Of a DNA stretch of 32,000 bases, positions 1 through 9,909 are shown in pieces. This DNA comes from Aliivibrio fischeri ES114 (GTDB lineage: Bacteria; Pseudomonadota; Gammaproteobacteria; Enterobacterales; Vibrionaceae), in NCBI RefSeq assembly GCF_000011805.1, contig NC_006841.2; one strand, 5' to 3'. Numbering within the stretch: position 1 is the stretch's first letter; the number at the start of each line of letters is the position of its first letter. The notes beneath the pieces were generated by a model, which was given only the letters and a program-made list of their open reading frames with translations, was not told the DNA's origin and searched no databases. The position numbers and the translations under genes are program-made.

Positions 1-139
1 TTATTGATTTAGATGTTGTTAATCCCTTCCAGTTAAAAATTTAGTCAAACCTGTTCCATATCAATTTAAACAACAAGAAAACAAACTATAATAGCTTAAA
101 TTACAAGGTCAAATGAGTTAGTTAGGTTTAATTTTAAAT

Positions 140-514
140 ATGCTTTCACACGAAAATCAAGTCTTTTTTACCCTAGGAAACGCACTAAAGGATTGTTACG
201 CATTTGACTCAAATGTTGATAAACTAGTCAAGGAAGGGCTCTCGACTAATGCAATAAACCCTAATATAGTAAGTACATTAGAAGAACACAACAACAATTA
301 TGTTCTTTTTTTAACCTTATTATTAAAAGGACGTATGTCAACTTATACAGATGTAAAAAATGCAATTAATTCAAGAGATTTCTTAATACATCGATTTGCA
401 TACGAAAATTATAATATGTTAGACAATATGTACTATGAAAGAAAATTAATTATATTGATTAAATCGCATCATAAAAACATAATGAAGATAAACCACTTAA
501 TAGAAAAAAAATGA
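140..514 (+). CDS. hypothetical protein, 124 aa, no family recognised
   Basis: ATG-initiated ORF with no better overlapping ORF. Very AT-rich, no clear Shine-Dalgarno, no motif I can recognise. Confidence 0.35.
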   Translation: MLSHENQVFFTLGNALKDCYAFDSNVDKLVKEGLSTNAINPNIVSTLEEHNNNYVLFLTLLLKGRMSTYTDVKNAINSRDFLIHRFAYENYNMLDNMYYERKLIILIKSHHKNIMKINHLIEKK

Positions 515-561
515 TGATTCAATAGCTTCCACCATATTCGAGCCTTGTGGTATATTTAAAT

Positions 562-1632
562 TCAGAACGCTGATAATGCATCACGAGGCTTTGAAAAAAA
601 ATACCCTTGCATATAATTAACCCCTATAGTTCGCATCAGCTCTGCTTGAAATGCAGTTTCAATACCTTCAGCTACAATTTCAACTCCGATATTTTGCATT
701 TCTTTAATTGCTTTTCTTAAAATACAAAAATACAAAACATCAGAACATGCTCTTTTCACTATTGACATACATAACTTAGCAACTTTTGGCTTAACTGTAT
801 TGACAGTTTCAAAATCAAAAAAACCAGATTCAACATCATCAAGCCAAACATCAATCCCTTCATTTTGCAACCTAGAAATAACAAATAAAAAAGGAGGCCA
901 ATAAGTAATAGGTGTATTCTCTGTCAATTCTATTTTCAAACGCTTAACGCCGTATAACACAGCTAAGATAGTTTTATCCAACAATAACAATGGTGACATA
1001 TTAATCGTTAAAAAAGTATCATCTTTCATAGAATTCATTAGTGCTAATGCATTAATAATACAAAGAAATTCGAATTCATATTTAATGTCTTGATTCTTAG
1101 CTTCATCAAATAAATTTTTCGCAGAGAATAAACTCGAATTAGCAGGGCCTCGTGATAAAGCTTCATAACCAACGACTTCATACTTAGGTACCTTAATTAT
1201 TTCTTGGACGTATGTTGTTATTAATTTATTGTCGACTATTTTTTTTAATTCGCCAAAAGAAGTAGAATATAAAAACTCTTTAGCTATCATCTTATTGCAA
1301 AAAAAATAATATTTTTTTTCTTTATAATGAAAATAGTCATACATATTAACCTCTATTCTAGCAAGACGCCGTGTTAGTACACCAAGCACCTCATCACATA
1401 TATTCGCTATACAAGTAATAATTTGGTTTTTGAACGTATAAGTAGGCATAGAACTGCCTCTAACGAGTACATGAAATTCATCGTAACCAAAATCATCTTG
1501 AATTAAAGAAAGCTCACTTTTTTTCTTAACTCTATCTAATATATCCTCCAAAAAAAAAGTCCATCTTATAATCCCAAAGCGTTTAATTAAAGATTCACTT
1601 TCCGTAAATCTAAAAACTATAACTTTATTCAC
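562..1632 (-). CDS. EAL-domain c-di-GMP phosphodiesterase with a short degenerate GGDEF-like N-terminal region
   Basis: EAL signature YEVVGYEALSRGP (aa 151-163), with IELTEN, DDVESG, EGIET and QGYFFSKP matching conserved EAL blocks. The N-terminal ~130 aa contains FGYDEFHVLVRG (GYDEF at nt 1474-1488), which resembles a degenerate GGDEF motif. The start is GTG at 1632, preceded by GAGAGA. Confidence 0.85.
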   Translation of the reverse strand: MNKVIVFRFTESESLIKRFGIIRWTFFLEDILDRVKKKSELSLIQDDFGYDEFHVLVRGSSMPTYTFKNQIITCIANICDEVLGVLTRRLARIEVNMYDYFHYKEKKYYFFCNKMIAKEFLYSTSFGELKKIVDNKLITTYVQEIIKVPKYEVVGYEALSRGPANSSLFSAKNLFDEAKNQDIKYEFEFLCIINALALMNSMKDDTFLTINMSPLLLLDKTILAVLYGVKRLKIELTENTPITYWPPFLFVISRLQNEGIDVWLDDVESGFFDFETVNTVKPKVAKLCMSIVKRACSDVLYFCILRKAIKEMQNIGVEIVAEGIETAFQAELMRTIGVNYMQGYFFSKPRDALSAF

Positions 1633-1785
1633 TTTTATCTCTCATCAATTTTAAAATTAATATCATTAAATCTTAAAATAACAAATTTTAATAACACCAT
1701 TATGCATAATTCAACACATAAAACGCATAGATTCTATATTGATTTTTAGTTTGTCCTACATGCTAATAGACATAATTACTAAATA

Positions 1786-2679
1786 TTGATATATTTATCA
1801 TTACCTACATTACTTACATTAACATATATGCTCTTATTAACCGCAACATCCAATCAAGAATTAGCTACTTGGAATAAGAAAATAACTACATTTTCTTTGG
1901 CTAGATCTATTTCTACAAATAATAAGATAATAGATTACAAATTTAATTTAGAATCATTACCAAATGGTTTGAAATTCTCCATTTTATTAGCAGAAAATTT
2001 CAAGATTAAAATTGAAAGTAAAAATGGTTATTTTATGTTAATAAGCACTATAAACCCTATAAATTGGAACTCAGAAAACAATTTAGGATACAGTGACTTA
2101 TTTATAATAAACTGCAAAAATGAAATTAACATCTATTCGACTAATAATGAACAAATAAAAACTATCCTAATCCCTAATACTTTACTTTCAAAAAATGCAA
2201 GCCAATTAATTAATAATGGCGTTGATTTGCTACACAATAAATCAAGCATCAAAAAGATACTTAACACAATGGTTACATTTAAAGATAAATGTCTTTTAGA
2301 ATGGGGGGTACATGGCATAATCGTATTAATTGAAGACTGGGAACCCTATTATAATGGAAAATATTCTTATGATAAAATCATAAGTAAAATTGAAGACAAT
2401 TACTTAAATAAAAACTACTCATTAACTAATTTAGCTGAAGAAACTTACATATCAAAACGTACTATACAATTAATATTAAATAAAAAAAAAACCACTTTTA
2501 AAAAAACATTAAATAATCGACGATCTATACATATGCATAAATTAATTAACAAAAATCCCAACATCACTTTAGAGGATGCAAGTTATCATTCTGGTTTTTC
2601 TTCTTATCAAACAGCAAAAAGAAATTTTTCAACATTTTATGGCATCACACCTAAATTATATAAAAAAATAGAATGCTAA
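1786..2679 (+). CDS. AraC/XylS-family transcriptional regulator with an unrecognised N-terminal domain
   Basis: The C-terminal ~100 aa has the typical AraC double HTH (LAEETYISKRTIQLIL ... YHSGFSSYQTAKRNFSTFYGITPKLYKK). The N-terminal ~190 aa matches nothing I recognise. The start is uncertain: TTG at 1786 or ATG at 1828, neither with a good SD. Confidence 0.8.
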   Translation: MIYLSLPTLLTLTYMLLLTATSNQELATWNKKITTFSLARSISTNNKIIDYKFNLESLPNGLKFSILLAENFKIKIESKNGYFMLISTINPINWNSENNLGYSDLFIINCKNEINIYSTNNEQIKTILIPNTLLSKNASQLINNGVDLLHNKSSIKKILNTMVTFKDKCLLEWGVHGIIVLIEDWEPYYNGKYSYDKIISKIEDNYLNKNYSLTNLAEETYISKRTIQLILNKKKTTFKKTLNNRRSIHMHKLINKNPNITLEDASYHSGFSSYQTAKRNFSTFYGITPKLYKKIEC

Positions 2680-2698
2680 CTTCTTAAAAACTTGTTTA

Positions 2699-5600
2699 TC
2701 AATCAAAGTCACCATACAGAGTTAGTGGATTAACAGGCATGGCTATTGGTTGCCAACGATCGGTAAACGTATATTTAGCATAGAAAAGTAAATGGTTTGG
2801 TTCATAGAAATCCGAACGCTGAATATCGACGGCGGCACCTAAATACCAACGCTTACTAATTCTTTTCTCTACTGCTGCCTCTAAAGAAAAACCAAAGCCA
2901 CCACCACGACTTGAACCAAGCGTTGCCCCTTCAACATATGGGTCATCTTCTTTTGTCCAAGAGTTTGAAATTGATCCACTGACTAAATATGAAAGACTAT
3001 TATTAATACGTTCATAATAATTGACAGGAATAGAAACAGAGAAATAATCCTGAGGGCTATAATAACCGCCATATCCGTAGGCATATTCACTCAAATTCTT
3101 ATCATAATTTAGATACATCAAATTTAAGCCTAAACTTAACCGTTTATCGTTGTCGTTGATTATTTTCCAATATGTACCGCCCAATAAGCCTAGACGAGTA
3201 TTATCCTCTACTGATTTGCCTGTCATTTTATGAAATTGAGCACTTGCCCAATAACCAACATCACCACCTAAATCGTAACTACCACCAAGCTTAATACCGG
3301 TTTTCATCACTCCGCCCCATTCCTCACCTTGATGATTTGAAACGGTATCAGGCACCGTCATACCTGCATAAGAAAGAGTGCTGCTTGTTTCTGAACGGCG
3401 AGATAATGTCGCTTTCCATCCAATGTCGCCTAGATCGCCAGAAAGATTCAAACCACCAACAATATTTTGTTGGTCAAACCCTATAGGAGTTGTTCCAATA
3501 TCGGCACTCCATGAATCAGCTAACCACCCAATACCGAAGGCGGTACCGGTATCTTTCTCATTCATTCTTGTTGTTGGATTATAGTAATCAATATCGCCAG
3601 AATTCAGATGCACTACATCGGCTCTAAGTTGCAGATGCCCATCGTATTCAGGCATTGGAATAATTGCTTCTACTGGTATTTGAACGGACTTGTTTACTCC
3701 TTCACGAGCACTGTAATCAACACCAAAAGAAACATACCCTTGCTTGCGCGCATCAATATAATCAATATCTGATTTTACATTTCGAGTTAGCCAGTTATCA
3801 TCAGCGTTATCATATAAATGTCGAAGCGGCATATCTTTAGGGTCGTCTTTATCCTTAATCTGAGCGTCATCTTGACCAACCGTCGGACCGCCTTGCGGGT
3901 CTAAAGCATCTTCAATAAGGGCCAATTTAGCCATATCTTTAGCTAAACCCCAATCGTGCTGAGTCATGGCTACAGACGTTCCATCCCGATAATCAATAGC
4001 ATCACTATCTTGTTTATTACTTAATCCTTTAACCAAAAGTGAAGCTTCTTGTTGATGCCCATATCTTGATAGTATTCCTGCAAGTTCAACGCTATTACGA
4101 CTAGATAACGCTTTTTCCTCACTGTACAAATGCAATGCTAAGGGAAGAACGGTCTCTTCTTTTCCTAAAGCTTCTCGAGTTTTAATAACACCTAATAATG
4201 CATCATGCTGATACTGAGAATGCAATTGGCTTGCTAGAGAGTAATAATACTCGGCCTCTTCATACTGTTCATTTTTATAAGCGTACTCTGCAAACAACAA
4301 ATCTCGACGTATCGCTTGATCAATGGTTAGATTGTCATGAATTTCAGTATTGAGCGCTTGCTGCCAAGCCTCAAATTCAGAGTTTTGCTCAAATTTAAAC
4401 AATAATTCACCATAATGAAGTTGAGTTTCCATCTCCCACTCATTAGTAGGATGTATCGTATCTAAACTTTTTACGGCTTTCTCAGAAAAACCAAGTTGAT
4501 ACTGAATATCAATCAGAGACATGGTTGCATCTGGGTTAGATGAATATTTTATTTTTAAGCGTTCAATTTCTCGCTCGGCAGCATCAGGATCATCCTTAGC
4601 CAATACATACAGAGATCCGAATGTTTGACTCATCTCCAATCGGTTTAAATTAGATGTCATTGCATCACTGCGTTTTTCTTTTGATATTGCAGTAAGTTGA
4701 TTTATTGCTTCTGGGGTATTTCCATGTCTTGCAAGATATAGCGCATAAGCAAATTTCATTTCAGGAGTCGGCGTTTCTATCGACCAGGTTTGCATTTGCT
4801 TATCAGCACGCTGCTCTTGACCAATTAAATGAAGTGAATCTGCAATATCACTACGTAACCACGGTGATGTAGGAGGGTCTGAAAGCAATTTATCTACGAT
4901 AGTATTAGCCGTTACTGTATCACCGCGCTTCATGGCTTGATTTAATTCAGCCATCTGCATCGATATTTCAACTTCATGAAAGCGTTCTGCTAATACTTTT
5001 TGAGCATTTTTTGGTAATTTACGTCCACTTACTAACGCCTGCTTTTCGCCATAAAGTGCGATATTTACATTAAACCAACCTCGTAATGCGGTTTCATCAA
5101 GACTATTTTTACTCAACGCTATTTTATAATAACGAAGGGCTTCTTCATTATCGTGTTGAACTAAAGCTAACTCGGCTAAATAGTTATAAGCATAAGGGTC
5201 ATCTGGCTCAAACTTAACCGCTTGGTGATATTTTCTACTTGCACCATCAAAATCCCCTCTCTTCATTTTTTTCTCACCTACCTCAAGGTAAGACCAATAA
5301 CTAGAAGAACTAATCAGTCCATTCCATTTATCTACATTTCGAAGATCTTTATCGTATTTTTTAGCTTTTTGAAAATAAGATAATGCAGCCTCTTGCTGAC
5401 CTAAACGCAAATAAGTCATGCCTAGCGCACCTAAAATTTCAGGATCATTCGGGCGTGCTTTTAACGCTATAAATAGTTTTTGCTGTGCATTTCGGTAATG
5501 ACCACTTTCAAGCTCTTTTAAGCCATCTAATTTAGCCATATAACGTGGATCTTTTCTTAGTTCTTTTTCTTTAGCTAATCGTTCTTTTGCTTCTATCCAT

Positions 5601-6433
5601 GCTTTTTTATACTTAGTATTTGATGGGAAATAGCTAGCTAAAATGGCATATTGCACAACGACATCATCGGTTATGTATGTATCATCTAAACGAGATAACC
5701 ATAATGTTCCAGCGCTATTACTTACAGAAGGTTCAAGAGAAAGGCGCTGTAATAGCTGCATTGCTTCAGGGTTAGAAGGGTTTCCACGTGAAATATGTTC
5801 AGCATACGCTAATTGGAAATCAGGTACACCTGGGTGTTCTTGATTTAGTTTTTTTAAGCCGAATAATACTTCTCGTTCATGCCCCTCAACTCCTGATTCA
5901 ATTTTCAAATATTGAAGCTGAATCTCAGGTGTTGGCATACCATTCGGAAACAGTTTTTTTAACCCATTTAATGCCTGTTTATTTCGTCCAGATCGCGCTT
6001 GCAGCATAATTTGCTGATATGCAGCCTTGTTATCCCCATAAAGCGAGAGTACATCGTTAAGCTGTCTAGTAACTTTTGATTTTGGGTGCTTTTTCTGTAA
6101 TTTTTTTAAAATTAACGTCGCTTGATCAACTTGACCTGATTTGGCCAAGTATTGCGCCTGAAAACTTAACCCTTCTGCATTTTCAGGATCAATAGCAAAT
6201 AACCGCTTCAACGTAGTTTGTGTAATATCAGGGCGATGAAGCAACTGTGCATAAGTTAATTGTTTAATTAACCATGCTTTAGATTGAACCTCTGATACAT
6301 CTTGTTGAAATACAATTGGCTCATGGTTATTGATATCTCGATTCAATGATACAGCAGAAACTGGCGATGAATACATAGCCCCCAGCATAGCAAAAGAAAC
6401 AAATTGTTTAAGGCGGTATTTGCTTACTGACAT
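2699..6433 (-). CDS. bcsC: cellulose synthase operon protein C (TPR + outer-membrane beta-barrel export subunit)
   Basis: 1244 aa with a signal peptide (..SSPVSA). A long TPR-like helical repeat region is followed by a Gly/Tyr-rich beta-barrel C-terminus. It is the last gene after bcsZ, and its ATG overlaps the bcsZ 3' end by 10 nt. The layout is collinear with E. coli BcsC. Confidence 0.95.
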   Translation of the reverse strand: MSVSKYRLKQFVSFAMLGAMYSSPVSAVSLNRDINNHEPIVFQQDVSEVQSKAWLIKQLTYAQLLHRPDITQTTLKRLFAIDPENAEGLSFQAQYLAKSGQVDQATLILKKLQKKHPKSKVTRQLNDVLSLYGDNKAAYQQIMLQARSGRNKQALNGLKKLFPNGMPTPEIQLQYLKIESGVEGHEREVLFGLKKLNQEHPGVPDFQLAYAEHISRGNPSNPEAMQLLQRLSLEPSVSNSAGTLWLSRLDDTYITDDVVVQYAILASYFPSNTKYKKAWIEAKERLAKEKELRKDPRYMAKLDGLKELESGHYRNAQQKLFIALKARPNDPEILGALGMTYLRLGQQEAALSYFQKAKKYDKDLRNVDKWNGLISSSSYWSYLEVGEKKMKRGDFDGASRKYHQAVKFEPDDPYAYNYLAELALVQHDNEEALRYYKIALSKNSLDETALRGWFNVNIALYGEKQALVSGRKLPKNAQKVLAERFHEVEISMQMAELNQAMKRGDTVTANTIVDKLLSDPPTSPWLRSDIADSLHLIGQEQRADKQMQTWSIETPTPEMKFAYALYLARHGNTPEAINQLTAISKEKRSDAMTSNLNRLEMSQTFGSLYVLAKDDPDAAEREIERLKIKYSSNPDATMSLIDIQYQLGFSEKAVKSLDTIHPTNEWEMETQLHYGELLFKFEQNSEFEAWQQALNTEIHDNLTIDQAIRRDLLFAEYAYKNEQYEEAEYYYSLASQLHSQYQHDALLGVIKTREALGKEETVLPLALHLYSEEKALSSRNSVELAGILSRYGHQQEASLLVKGLSNKQDSDAIDYRDGTSVAMTQHDWGLAKDMAKLALIEDALDPQGGPTVGQDDAQIKDKDDPKDMPLRHLYDNADDNWLTRNVKSDIDYIDARKQGYVSFGVDYSAREGVNKSVQIPVEAIIPMPEYDGHLQLRADVVHLNSGDIDYYNPTTRMNEKDTGTAFGIGWLADSWSADIGTTPIGFDQQNIVGGLNLSGDLGDIGWKATLSRRSETSSTLSYAGMTVPDTVSNHQGEEWGGVMKTGIKLGGSYDLGGDVGYWASAQFHKMTGKSVEDNTRLGLLGGTYWKIINDNDKRLSLGLNLMYLNYDKNLSEYAYGYGGYYSPQDYFSVSIPVNYYERINNSLSYLVSGSISNSWTKEDDPYVEGATLGSSRGGGFGFSLEAAVEKRISKRWYLGAAVDIQRSDFYEPNHLLFYAKYTFTDRWQPIAMPVNPLTLYGDFD

Positions 6434-7602
6434 ACATTAACCCACTTAGGAGTAACGCTGCCATCATCATTAAAAGAGTATAAATCTTGATACCAGCCAA
6501 GGCCGAATAAAGTCAGCACACTGTTATAGTAATAATCACTTTCAATCTTCGACAATTCTGCTTGGATCTTTTTCTCATATTCAACGGCATTTGTATTTGA
6601 ATCTAACGAAGATAATAAAGGCAAAATAGCTGCGTTCATTCCGACGCCACCTTGATTTTTACCTTTTCCTGTTAGCACATTTATTGTCTCAGGCATGCCT
6701 TTATTTCTTTCTATAACACGAACTAATGGCTTCATTTTATCAAGTAACAATGCTTTATTAGGGTCGCTATCTGGTAGCATTCCTGCCCATAAATACACTC
6801 TAATCGCATTATAGCTGCCAACACTTTGGGTCTTTGAATCTTTTTTAAATTGAGTTTTATCCCACTCAACCCAATCAGGACTATAGCCTTTTGGCATGGT
6901 TTCTTTTAGTAATTTTGCGCTTGATTGATATATTTCTTCCCATTGGTAGCTAGGGAAAACCGTATTCATTCGAGTTAGCAACTGCAATGGGACGTAGCTT
7001 GGGTTTAATCGAACATGATTTTTACCCAATACAAATCCCACTTTTCCTGGCAATAATACCGTTCCAAGACCTGACACTTTGATGGTTTCGTCACGTAAAA
7101 TTCGACTAGCCAGTAAATGTCCAAGAGATTGATAATAATGGTTATCCCACAATCTTCCGGCTTCGAGTAGACTATAAGCAATCCATAAATCTGAGTCAGC
7201 TGCTGAGTTTGAGTCTAAAATACCTTGCGAGCCATCAGGTTGCCTTCCCCATAACCAAGCAGGGAGTTGTGCTGTTAGATCCCCCCCAGCTAAATGCAAC
7301 TCAGTCCAACCAAGTAATTCATCAAATGTTTTTTTATCATTCGCAATTAATGCAAAAAATAGAGCATAAGATTGACCTTCTGATGTCGTTATTAAACGAG
7401 GATCACTGTTATCAACGACTCGACCATTCTCTATATAATGTTGTTTAAAGCTTTCCCATTGCCCCCATTCACACTGATTCTCTTTTGTTAGTGCGGCAGA
7501 TGAAACGATTGGGGTTGTGTAATTTTCATCTTGAGCAATAGCTGAAGAAGAGCAAGTTAACGTGCCAATTAATAGACTCAATACCGTTAATTGCATTTTC
7601 AT
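6424..7602 (-). CDS. bcsZ: endo-1,4-beta-glucanase (GH8), cellulose synthesis-associated
   Basis: 392 aa with a signal peptide. Strong collinear similarity to E. coli BcsZ as I recall it (TTSEGQSYALFFAL, LPAWLWG, DSNSAADSDLW, LLEAGRLW, LLPGKVGF, NPSY, SPDWV, YNAIRVYLW, MLPDSDP). Confidence 0.95.
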   Translation of the reverse strand: MKMQLTVLSLLIGTLTCSSSAIAQDENYTTPIVSSAALTKENQCEWGQWESFKQHYIENGRVVDNSDPRLITTSEGQSYALFFALIANDKKTFDELLGWTELHLAGGDLTAQLPAWLWGRQPDGSQGILDSNSAADSDLWIAYSLLEAGRLWDNHYYQSLGHLLASRILRDETIKVSGLGTVLLPGKVGFVLGKNHVRLNPSYVPLQLLTRMNTVFPSYQWEEIYQSSAKLLKETMPKGYSPDWVEWDKTQFKKDSKTQSVGSYNAIRVYLWAGMLPDSDPNKALLLDKMKPLVRVIERNKGMPETINVLTGKGKNQGGVGMNAAILPLLSSLDSNTNAVEYEKKIQAELSKIESDYYYNSVLTLFGLGWYQDLYSFNDDGSVTPKWVNVCQ

Positions 7603-9896
7603 TATTCATCTTCCTCTGTGTTTAAACGATTTTTGGCGATACGGCGAAGTACTCTAAATAAAATAATTGTGACCATTACAACTAATAAGGCGGCAAGCAA
7701 AGCCATCACTAACGGGTGTTTTGAAAAGTGGTACCAAATCAACTGAGAAATCGGTAATTCACCTACGTAGTAATGTTCTCCTACATTAAAACTGGCTACC
7801 TCATCATCTCGTAAGGTAATAACAGAACCAAACATAGCCGACACTTTGCCGCTGTCATTTAATGCTTCATTGACCAATGCAAATGATTCTGGTGTCTGTG
7901 CTAAAACGCTCACAATGGTACGTTGTGATGTATATGGTGACTCCATACTGGTGATAGCCGCAAAGTTACCTGTCGTATTAATACTTACTGAATCAGAAAC
8001 CTGTTGGTTTTTACCTGACGAAGCTCCCCAATTTTGTCCTTTTTGAGTCTCATTCTTGCTTGGTAACTGAACAATACGATTCGATGCAACTAATTGAATA
8101 TTTTCAATTTTCTCTTTATTAATAGACGCTAACTCTGGCGTCATTCCTATGGTTAAGATATCTTTATCTTCAAGGTCACTTTCATTCCAATTATCAGTTA
8201 AAGCGACATTTAATACTGAGTAACCAGTATGAGAACCAAATACCCCCATCATATTAACGAAAGTCTGGATTTCTTCTGTACTTGGCTGCTTAGGTAATAC
8301 AACAACCGTTTCAGATAAATCAGCCATTCGTGTAAATGGATAGCCCGAATTAGCAAAAGCACGCATGTTCGGCATTTCTATATAATGAGAGAAACCTGAA
8401 AAATCGATGGTCGAATCTGAATTGATTACCGCATAATTCTTACTTGGTTGCATGGTTTGACACTGATCTTTACCACCAACAGAAGAAGCGAAACCAAATT
8501 CAAATTTAACTTCATTTTTACTGCCCACTTGGAAAGCAGGAATACGAACCACTTGACCATTCCCTAATAAATCATCGTCTAGCAAAGGAAGTCTCAAGTG
8601 GGTATTATCATTTGATTCACCTGACGTATTTAAATTAAACGCTTTTACAAATTGATTGTTAACACTAAGACTCATTCTAGAGCCAGAGTGATCTCTTAGT
8701 GGTGGCGTATAACGATAATTTAAGTCAAATGGGATCCCGTTACTTTGCCAAGTAAATAAATCAGGCGGCAATCTAAAGTGAAGAGAAATAGGTGGCGGAT
8801 TTTGCCCTTCCACTTGTAATGTCATGCCTTCAGTTAATAGTTCTGATAACGCAACAGGTCTGTCTGTATTTATCCAATTGGGCGCGTCATAAGGAATACG
8901 AGGAACTAATTGCTCTGCAGAATTAATTTTTGCCGATGGTCCTGTAAGTAGATCTTGCCCTAAAGCTAGTCCTTTCACGGCAGTAATTAAATCTTCACTA
9001 TCTCGTCCCATAATCAGCAATAATTTAACGTAAGGATCTGCTGGATGAGAAATCATTTGAATACGAGGACCATCAGCGTCAGGGAAATCACGTAAAAAAT
9101 CAGGTTTGCTATCATTAGTGATAAAAACAATCGCATCATTTTTTGGCAATTGATCATCTAATATTGGAAAACTTGCTCCACGCCATTGAGCTAACGCACC
9201 AAAATAAGATGAAGCAATACCCGCAGCTTTAATTTCATTAAGATCAAGCTTCTCACCAAATACCATTGGTAAATTGACATGCTTCATGTCTCTTGAATCA
9301 AAAAATGGCGCTGGTAATAAACTTAGATCGTTATTAATTTTTGTTTTTTGAGTCGCTAATGTAATCGTACTTTGAGAGCTGATTTCAGTCCAAATACTGT
9401 TATCATTTGGATTACTACATGACATAGAGGCATTACCAACCAATTCAAATTTTAGTTGGTTAAAATCAGTGAACAAACGCGGATCGAGCTCAAGATCAAC
9501 ATCCCCTTTCTGACCTTGCATACCATCAGAAATAGCAACAACCCCAGCCAATTGGTTATTAAAATACACCTTTATATGTGAAACCATAGAAAGCAATGCT
9601 GGTGATGGCGTAAAATCAAAATGAAGAGAGGCTTTAGACACAACCTCATCTAAACGTGAGCCAAAACCAATATAAGCGGTACTTTCACTCCCCTGCAATC
9701 GGATTGATTCTCCATAACCAAGATCACCAAAACTAAACGTTTTTTTCGTAATAATTGAGGATGCTTGTGATGTTTGTATTATTCCATTTTGTAATGGAGC
9801 ATTGTCACTATGAGCTGTAGCCACCGATGCATTTACACCCGAGCTCATAAGACCTATTGCTACTGCAAAAACGCTTATTTTTGTTTTAATCGACAT
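7602..9896 (-). CDS. bcsB: cellulose synthase periplasmic subunit B (cyclic-di-GMP-regulated synthase partner)
   Basis: Collinear with E. coli BcsB (NDLSLLPAPFFD, LPMVF, PYVKLLLIMGRD, PYDAPNWI, PPDLF, STIDFS, MRAFANSGYPFTRMADLS, C-terminal TM + RRIAKNRLN). The start was moved to ATG 9896, which gives a signal peptide MSIKTKISVFAVAIGLMSSGVNA. The ORF-track GTG at 9953 would overlap bcsA by 44 nt. Confidence 0.93.
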   Translation of the reverse strand: MSIKTKISVFAVAIGLMSSGVNASVATAHSDNAPLQNGIIQTSQASSIITKKTFSFGDLGYGESIRLQGSESTAYIGFGSRLDEVVSKASLHFDFTPSPALLSMVSHIKVYFNNQLAGVVAISDGMQGQKGDVDLELDPRLFTDFNQLKFELVGNASMSCSNPNDNSIWTEISSQSTITLATQKTKINNDLSLLPAPFFDSRDMKHVNLPMVFGEKLDLNEIKAAGIASSYFGALAQWRGASFPILDDQLPKNDAIVFITNDSKPDFLRDFPDADGPRIQMISHPADPYVKLLLIMGRDSEDLITAVKGLALGQDLLTGPSAKINSAEQLVPRIPYDAPNWINTDRPVALSELLTEGMTLQVEGQNPPPISLHFRLPPDLFTWQSNGIPFDLNYRYTPPLRDHSGSRMSLSVNNQFVKAFNLNTSGESNDNTHLRLPLLDDDLLGNGQVVRIPAFQVGSKNEVKFEFGFASSVGGKDQCQTMQPSKNYAVINSDSTIDFSGFSHYIEMPNMRAFANSGYPFTRMADLSETVVVLPKQPSTEEIQTFVNMMGVFGSHTGYSVLNVALTDNWNESDLEDKDILTIGMTPELASINKEKIENIQLVASNRIVQLPSKNETQKGQNWGASSGKNQQVSDSVSINTTGNFAAITSMESPYTSQRTIVSVLAQTPESFALVNEALNDSGKVSAMFGSVITLRDDEVASFNVGEHYYVGELPISQLIWYHFSKHPLVMALLAALLVVMVTIILFRVLRRIAKNRLNTEEDE

Positions 9897-9909
9897 AACT
9901 GATTGCACT

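Noticed and set aside
1-44. Possible 3' end of a plus-strand gene entering from the left edge (frame 3: ...IDLDVVNPFQLKI*)
   Set aside because: Only 13 codons are visible and nothing is recognisable, so it cannot be supported.
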